32,000 nucleotides of DNA from Rhodobacter capsulatus SB 1003 (GTDB lineage: Bacteria; Pseudomonadota; Alphaproteobacteria; Rhodobacterales; Rhodobacteraceae), in the NCBI RefSeq assembly GCF_000021865.1, contig NC_014034.1, forward strand, positions 1,650,001 to 1,682,000, given 5' to 3'. The position numbers and the translations under genes were made by a program. Positions 27,726-32,000 of the stretch are shown in pieces. The notes under the pieces were generated by a model. It saw only the letters and a program-made list of their open reading frames with translations, was not told the origin of the DNA and ran no database searches. Numbering within the stretch: position 1 is the first letter of the stretch; every line of letters begins with the position of its first letter.

Positions 27726-29079
27726 CCTGAGCCGCCTTGATGAAGGTCATCGGGTTGATGGGGGCGCCACCGACCCGGATTTCATAGTGCAGATGCGGTC
27801 CCGTGGACCGTCCGGTATTGCCTGTATCACCAATTATCTCCCCGCGCGACACCTTTTGCCCGACCTTCACGCGGATTTTGGACAGATGGCCATAGACGGT
27901 CGAGACGCCGAATTTGTGCCGCAGCTTGATCACCTGGCCATAGCCGTTTTCCCAGCCCGCATCGGTCACCACGCCATCGGCGGGGGCATGCACGTCCATC
28001 CCCACCGGCCCGGCCAGATCGATCCCCGCATGCAGCCGCCCCCAGCGCCAGCCAAAGGGCGAGGTGAAGCGGTAGCCGCCCTTGATCGGGATCGCGAAGG
28101 GCAGCTGATCGACGGCGATGCGATACATGTTCATCTCGTCAAGCTGCTGCAGGATGCCCTTGGCGCGGGCGATGTCGGCGCCGTCGTCGATCACCCCCTT
28201 GGTCGAGATCGCCGCCGACAGAAGCGGCCCGCCGGTGCCGGAATAGCCGCGGCGGATCTCGCGCAGGATCGCATCCGGGTCCATGCCCGACTTGCGGAAC
28301 ATCCGGTCGAGCGGCTCCATCGAGATCGTAACCGCGCCTTCCAGCGTGTCGAAGATCTCGGCGTTGCGTTCCTCGATCAGGCGGCGCTCCTGCAGCGCCT
28401 GATCGGCCTCGGCGCGGGCGTTTTCGGCGGCGCGGGTGGCGCGGTCGCGTTCATGCGCGGCCTGATCCAGCGCCGAGGCGAGCAGATCGACGGTGCCGTC
28501 CATCTCGCCCACGCGCTGGCGCAGCGCCGCCGCCGAGCCGCTGCCGCGGCTTTTGTCCAGTTCCGCCCGCGCCGTGTCGCGTTCGGTCATCGTGCGCTTC
28601 AGCGTCGCCTGAATCACGTTGATCCCGGTTTCCAGCTCGCGGCGGCGTTCCTCGGATTGCAGCAGCTGCGACTGCATCCGCGACACCTGATCGAGCGCGA
28701 GCTGAAAGCGTTTTTGCGCCGCCAGCGCCTCGGCGGCGCGGGCATCGCGTTCCTGCGAAAGACTGTCCAGACGCGCCTCGAACTGCGCCCGCGCGATCGC
28801 CGATTGCTCGCGCGCGCCGCCCGAGGAAATCTGGTCGATGAACAGAAGCGAAGTGGCGATGACCGACCACAGGAACAGCACCGACACCGCCGCCAGCGTC
28901 ATCGCCTGGGTCAGCGGGCGCATCCGCACGAAGCGGGTGGCATCTTCGGATTTCAGGAACAGCCGTTGTTCCGGCAGCCATCGGTCGAGCACCGCATTGG
29001 TGCGGTCGAGTATCCGTCTGGGCAAAGCGGTTTTCCTGTCTTGCGGGCAGGGCCCGGTCCTTACGCCCCGGGGGGGCAC
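27715..29079 (-). CDS. M23-family (LytM-domain) peptidoglycan metalloendopeptidase with an N-terminal TM anchor and a long coiled coil; start codon uncertain
   Basis: C-terminal catalytic motifs HAGIDLAG (HxxxD) and GPHLHYEIR (HxH). TM segment AMTLAAVSVLFLWSVIATSLLFI. Ala/Glu/Arg-rich coiled region. The TAA stop lies inside the first codons of the bactofilin gene (11-nt overlap). Confidence 0.88.
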   Translation of the reverse strand: MPPRGVRTGPCPQDRKTALPRRILDRTNAVLDRWLPEQRLFLKSEDATRFVRMRPLTQAMTLAAVSVLFLWSVIATSLLFIDQISSGGAREQSAIARAQFEARLDSLSQERDARAAEALAAQKRFQLALDQVSRMQSQLLQSEERRRELETGINVIQATLKRTMTERDTARAELDKSRGSGSAAALRQRVGEMDGTVDLLASALDQAAHERDRATRAAENARAEADQALQERRLIEERNAEIFDTLEGAVTISMEPLDRMFRKSGMDPDAILREIRRGYSGTGGPLLSAAISTKGVIDDGADIARAKGILQQLDEMNMYRIAVDQLPFAIPIKGGYRFTSPFGWRWGRLHAGIDLAGPVGMDVHAPADGVVTDAGWENGYGQVIKLRHKFGVSTVYGHLSKIRVKVGQKVSRGEIIGDTGNTGRSTGPHLHYEIRVGGAPINPMTFIKAAQDVF

Positions 29080-29225
29080 CGGGTCCTTGCCGGACTTAGC
29101 AAGCGTCAGGCCCGCGGCGCAACCGCTTTCCCCCGGGCGCGGCGAAGCCCCGCCCCGGGGGGGTGGTTTTGGGCGAAAATCTGCCGAAACTCGCCCATCG
29201 GGTCAGTTGCGGGGCAGCGCGGCGC

Positions 29226-29702
29226 TCAGCCGAGCGCCTGCACCGCCGCCAGAACCGCCTCGGCATGGCCCTTGACCGAGACCTTGGGCCAGACCTGCGC
29301 CACCGTGCCCGTCGCATCGATCAGGAAAGTGGCGCGCTGGATCCCCATCGAGGTGCGGCCATACATGTTCTTTTCCACCCAGGTGCCATAGGCGTCGCAG
29401 ACCGTGCCCGCCTCGTCCGAGACCAGCCCCACACCCAGCGCATGTTTGGCGCAGAATTTCGCATGCGATTTCGCGCTGTCCTTGGAAATCCCCACGACAA
29501 TCGCCCCCGCGGCGTCGAAATCCGGGCCGAGGCGGGTGAAATCCAGCGCCTCGGTGGTGCAGCCGGGGGTGTCGTCCTTGGGGTAGAAATAAAGCACCAC
29601 CTTGCGCGGGGCGAGGGCGGAGAGGGTCAGCTCCTCCGGTTCGGCGCCCGTGCGGGTGACGGGCAGGGTGAAATCGGGCGCCTTTTCGCCGATAGCGATC
29701 AT
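29226..29702 (-). CDS. bcp: Thioredoxin-dependent thiol peroxidase (peroxiredoxin Bcp)
   Basis: 158 aa. APDFTLP...VVLYFYPKDDTPGCTTEA carries the peroxidatic Cys motif. RBS AGGAGGAA before ATG 29702. Confidence 0.92.
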   Translation of the reverse strand: MIAIGEKAPDFTLPVTRTGAEPEELTLSALAPRKVVLYFYPKDDTPGCTTEALDFTRLGPDFDAAGAIVVGISKDSAKSHAKFCAKHALGVGLVSDEAGTVCDAYGTWVEKNMYGRTSMGIQRATFLIDATGTVAQVWPKVSVKGHAEAVLAAVQALG

Positions 29703-29801
29703 TTGCGTTCCTCCTTGTCGGATGCGACATTAGAAGTAGGGCAGAAAAACGCGCGGTCAAAGGGCCGGACGCAGGGCAAAGCCGGGGCAGAGCAGGGCAG
29801 G

Positions 29802-32000
29802 ATGACCGAGCCGGGGGAAAACCAGACACCGCGCAAGCGGCAGGCGGAGCGGACGCGCCGCAGGCTGGGGATCTGGCTGATCCTCGGGCTGGCGGTCTGC
29901 AGCCTGGCTTTGGGGGTTGCGGGGCTGGCGCTGACGCATCTGCCGGTGCCGGTGCCCCATGCGCTGCTGTCGCGGATCGAGGCGCGGGCCAATGCCGCGC
30001 TGGCCGGGCGGATGCGGGTGCATCTGGGCTCGGCCGCGCTGGTGATCGAGGCCGGTTTCGCCCCCGAGGTGCGGCTGGCCATGGTGCAGATCGCCCAGCC
30101 CTCGGGCCTGCCGCTGGCGGTCTTTCCCGAGGTGCGGACCCGGCTGCGCCCCGAGGCGCTGCTGCAGGGGCGGATCTTGCCGCAAAGGCTGCAGATCGGC
30201 GGCGCCTCGGTGGCGCTGTACCGGGCCGCCGACGGGCGGATCGATCTGGATCTGGGCGATGCCGGGGCGGGGGCGATCAAGCTTGATCTGACCGATCCGC
30301 TGAAGGTGAGCGACAGCATCGAGGCTCTGTTTGCCACGCCTGCGCTGCGCGGCGTGGCCGAGGTCTCGGCCGAGGATCTGCATATCCGCATCGTCGATGA
30401 ACGCGCCGAGCGGATCTGGGAGGTGTCCGAGGGCCGGTTCCGCCTGAGCCAGAGCGCCGAGGCGATCGCGCTGACGCTCGGTTTCGATGTCGGCGAACAG
30501 GACGCGCTGCCCGCGCAGGTGGCGCTGACCGCCTCGACCTCGAAGCGCGGCCCGGCGGCGGAATTCGGCGCCGCGGTGACCGGCATGCCCGCCGCCGATC
30601 TGGCGGTGCAATCGCCCGCGCTGGCGGTGTTGCGCACGCTCGATGCGCCGATCTCGGGCACGCTGCGCTCGGGGATCACCGAGGATGGCACGCTGCGGCG
30701 TCTGGATGCGAGCCTGCATATCGGGCCGGGGGCGCTGCGCCCCTCCGAGGCGGTGAAGCCCGTCCCCTTTGACGGCGCCGATCTGAAACTGGCCTACCGG
30801 CCGCGCAGCGGCGTGGTGGAGATCACCCGGCTCGATCTGCAAAGCCGGGCCCTGCGGCTGGCGGCGACCGGGCAGGTGCGGCTGCGCGATTTCGAAAAGG
30901 GCCTGCCGCGCGAGGCTCTGGCGCAGGTGCAGCTTTCCGACATCGCCTCGGACCCCGAGGGGCTTTTCGAAAAACCGGCGCGGTTTTCGCAAGGGGCGCT
31001 CGATCTGCGGCTGAGGCTTGATCCGTTCCGCGTCGATCTGGGGCAGGTGCAGCTGGTCGAGGGCACGCGGCGGATCTCTGCCACCGGGCAGGTTCTGGCC
31101 GGTCCGGCGGGCTGGCGGGTGGCGATGGATGCGGCGGTGGGAGAGATCAACAGCGCCGATCTTTTGGCGCTCTGGCCGAAATCGCTGGTGCCGCCGACCC
31201 GCGAATGGCTGGCCGAGAACGTCGCCACGGGCGAATTGCGCAATGTGCGCACGGCCTTGCGGCTGGTTCCGAAGCAGCCGCCGCGGGTCGAGCTGGGCTA
31301 TGAATTCCGCGGCGCCGAGGTGAAGGTGCTGCGCACGCTGCCCCCCGTGCGCGAGGGCCGCGGCTTTGCCGGCATCACCGAGAACAAGCATACGCTGATG
31401 GTCGAAGAGGGCACCTTGCGCGCCCCCTCGGGCGGGCAGATCGAGGTGGCGGATTCGGTGATGACCGTGCCCGACATCCGCGAAAAACCGGCCCGCGCCG
31501 AGGTGAAACTGGTCACCCGCGCGCCGATTCCGGCGGCGCTGGCGCTTTTGGACGAGGAACCCTTTCACTTCATGTCGAAGGCCGGGCAGGGCACCGACAT
31601 CGCGACCGGCTGGGCCGAGGCGCGCACCCGGCTGCGCTTTCAGATGAAGAAGCGGATCCTGACCGAGGATGTCGATTTCGAAGTGGCGGCGCGGCTGACC
31701 GATGTCGTGTCCGACAGGATCGTGCCCGGCCACAAGATCACCGCGCCGCGGCTGACGCTGACCGCCGACCGGGCGGGGATGGTGATTTCGGGGGCGGGGC
31801 TGTTCGACATCGTGCCGTTTCAGGGCCGCTGGGCGCAGCGCTTCGGGCCCGAAGCCCGCGGCATCTCGCGCGTGGACGGCTTCGTCGAGGTGACGCCCGC
31901 GGCGCTGGATCACTTCCGCATCGCGCTGCCGAAAGGGGCCGTGCGGGGCGAGGGCTGGGGCTCTTTGGTGATCGATCTGCACAAGGGACAGCCGCCCGCC
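29802..32000 (+). CDS. Large membrane-anchored protein, probably AsmA/DUF3971 (YhdP-like) family; the 3' end is beyond the window
   Basis: Absent from the ORF track because it has no stop in the window. I translated frame 3 from ATG 29802 by hand: it is open for 733 codons to base 32000 with very strong GC3 bias. The N-terminus MTEPGENQTPRKRQAERTRRRLGIWLILGLAVCSLALGVAGLAL is a basic region plus a TM anchor. The segment LWPKSLVPPTREWLAENVATGEL resembles the DUF3971 signature. The family call is from memory only. Confidence 0.75.
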   Translation, partial: MTEPGENQTPRKRQAERTRRRLGIWLILGLAVCSLALGVAGLALTHLPVPVPHALLSRIEARANAALAGRMRVHLGSAALVIEAGFAPEVRLAMVQIAQPSGLPLAVFPEVRTRLRPEALLQGRILPQRLQIGGASVALYRAADGRIDLDLGDAGAGAIKLDLTDPLKVSDSIEALFATPALRGVAEVSAEDLHIRIVDERAERIWEVSEGRFRLSQSAEAIALTLGFDVGEQDALPAQVALTASTSKRGPAAEFGAAVTGMPAADLAVQSPALAVLRTLDAPISGTLRSGITEDGTLRRLDASLHIGPGALRPSEAVKPVPFDGADLKLAYRPRSGVVEITRLDLQSRALRLAATGQVRLRDFEKGLPREALAQVQLSDIASDPEGLFEKPARFSQGALDLRLRLDPFRVDLGQVQLVEGTRRISATGQVLAGPAGWRVAMDAAVGEINSADLLALWPKSLVPPTREWLAENVATGELRNVRTALRLVPKQPPRVELGYEFRGAEVKVLRTLPPVREGRGFAGITENKHTLMVEEGTLRAPSGGQIEVADSVMTVPDIREKPARAEVKLVTRAPIPAALALLDEEPFHFMSKAGQGTDIATGWAEARTRLRFQMKKRILTEDVDFEVAARLTDVVSDRIVPGHKITAPRLTLTADRAGMVISGAGLFDIVPFQGRWAQRFGPEARGISRVDGFVEVTPAALDHFRIALPKGAVRGEGWGSLVIDLHKGQPPA

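Noticed and set aside
29120-29175. GC hairpin CCCCCGGGCG...CGCCCCGGGGGG followed by TGGTTTT on the + strand, between bcp and the M23 peptidase gene
   Set aside because: The T tract is on the + strand, where no gene needs terminating. On the - strand (after bcp) there is no U tract. The stem is bulged and its function is unclear, so I do not call it a terminator.
29757-31982. 741-aa - strand ORF listed by the track at the 3' end
   Set aside because: I judge it the antisense shadow of the + strand ORF starting at 29802. That ORF is open to the window end and has the expected GC3 bias and a TM anchor. It is absent from the track only because it has no stop codon in the window.

Overview
High-GC (roughly two-thirds G+C) alphaproteobacterial chromosome, Rhodobacter/Paracoccus-like and mostly core genome. 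Bases 1-12874 (+) hold the distal part of the respiratory complex I operon (nuoF partial, nuoG, H, I, J, K, L, M, N). Six non-nuo ORFs are spliced between the nuo genes, most of them joined by ATGA or TGATG start/stop overlaps: a secreted Cys-containing protein, two lipoproteins, a SAM-dependent methyltransferase, a 95-aa soluble protein and a Cys-less CMD/AhpD-fold protein. Next on the + strand come birA-coaX-rnj and a DUF3422 membrane protein. ilvI-ilvH lies on the - strand, with a candidate Leu/Val leader peptide and attenuator upstream. Further + strand genes are TRAP transporter Q and M subunits with no adjacent binding-protein gene (M has a Gly/Pro-rich tail), an acyl-CoA ligase, prfB (no frameshift) and a small P-loop protein with a degenerate Walker A. 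The - strand then carries an overlapping M23 peptidase-bactofilin pair and bcp. A large AsmA/DUF3971-like ORF runs off the 3' end and is missing from the ORF track because it has no stop in the window. I saw no rRNA, tRNA, CRISPR, transposase or integrase. The most interesting material is the set of uncharacterised genes translationally coupled inside the nuo operon. Also notable are a 26-nt motif plus hairpin present in two intergenic regions, the ilv attenuator, the orphan TRAP QM pair and the bactofilin-M23 module. All family assignments come from motif recognition by eye, since no searches could be run.
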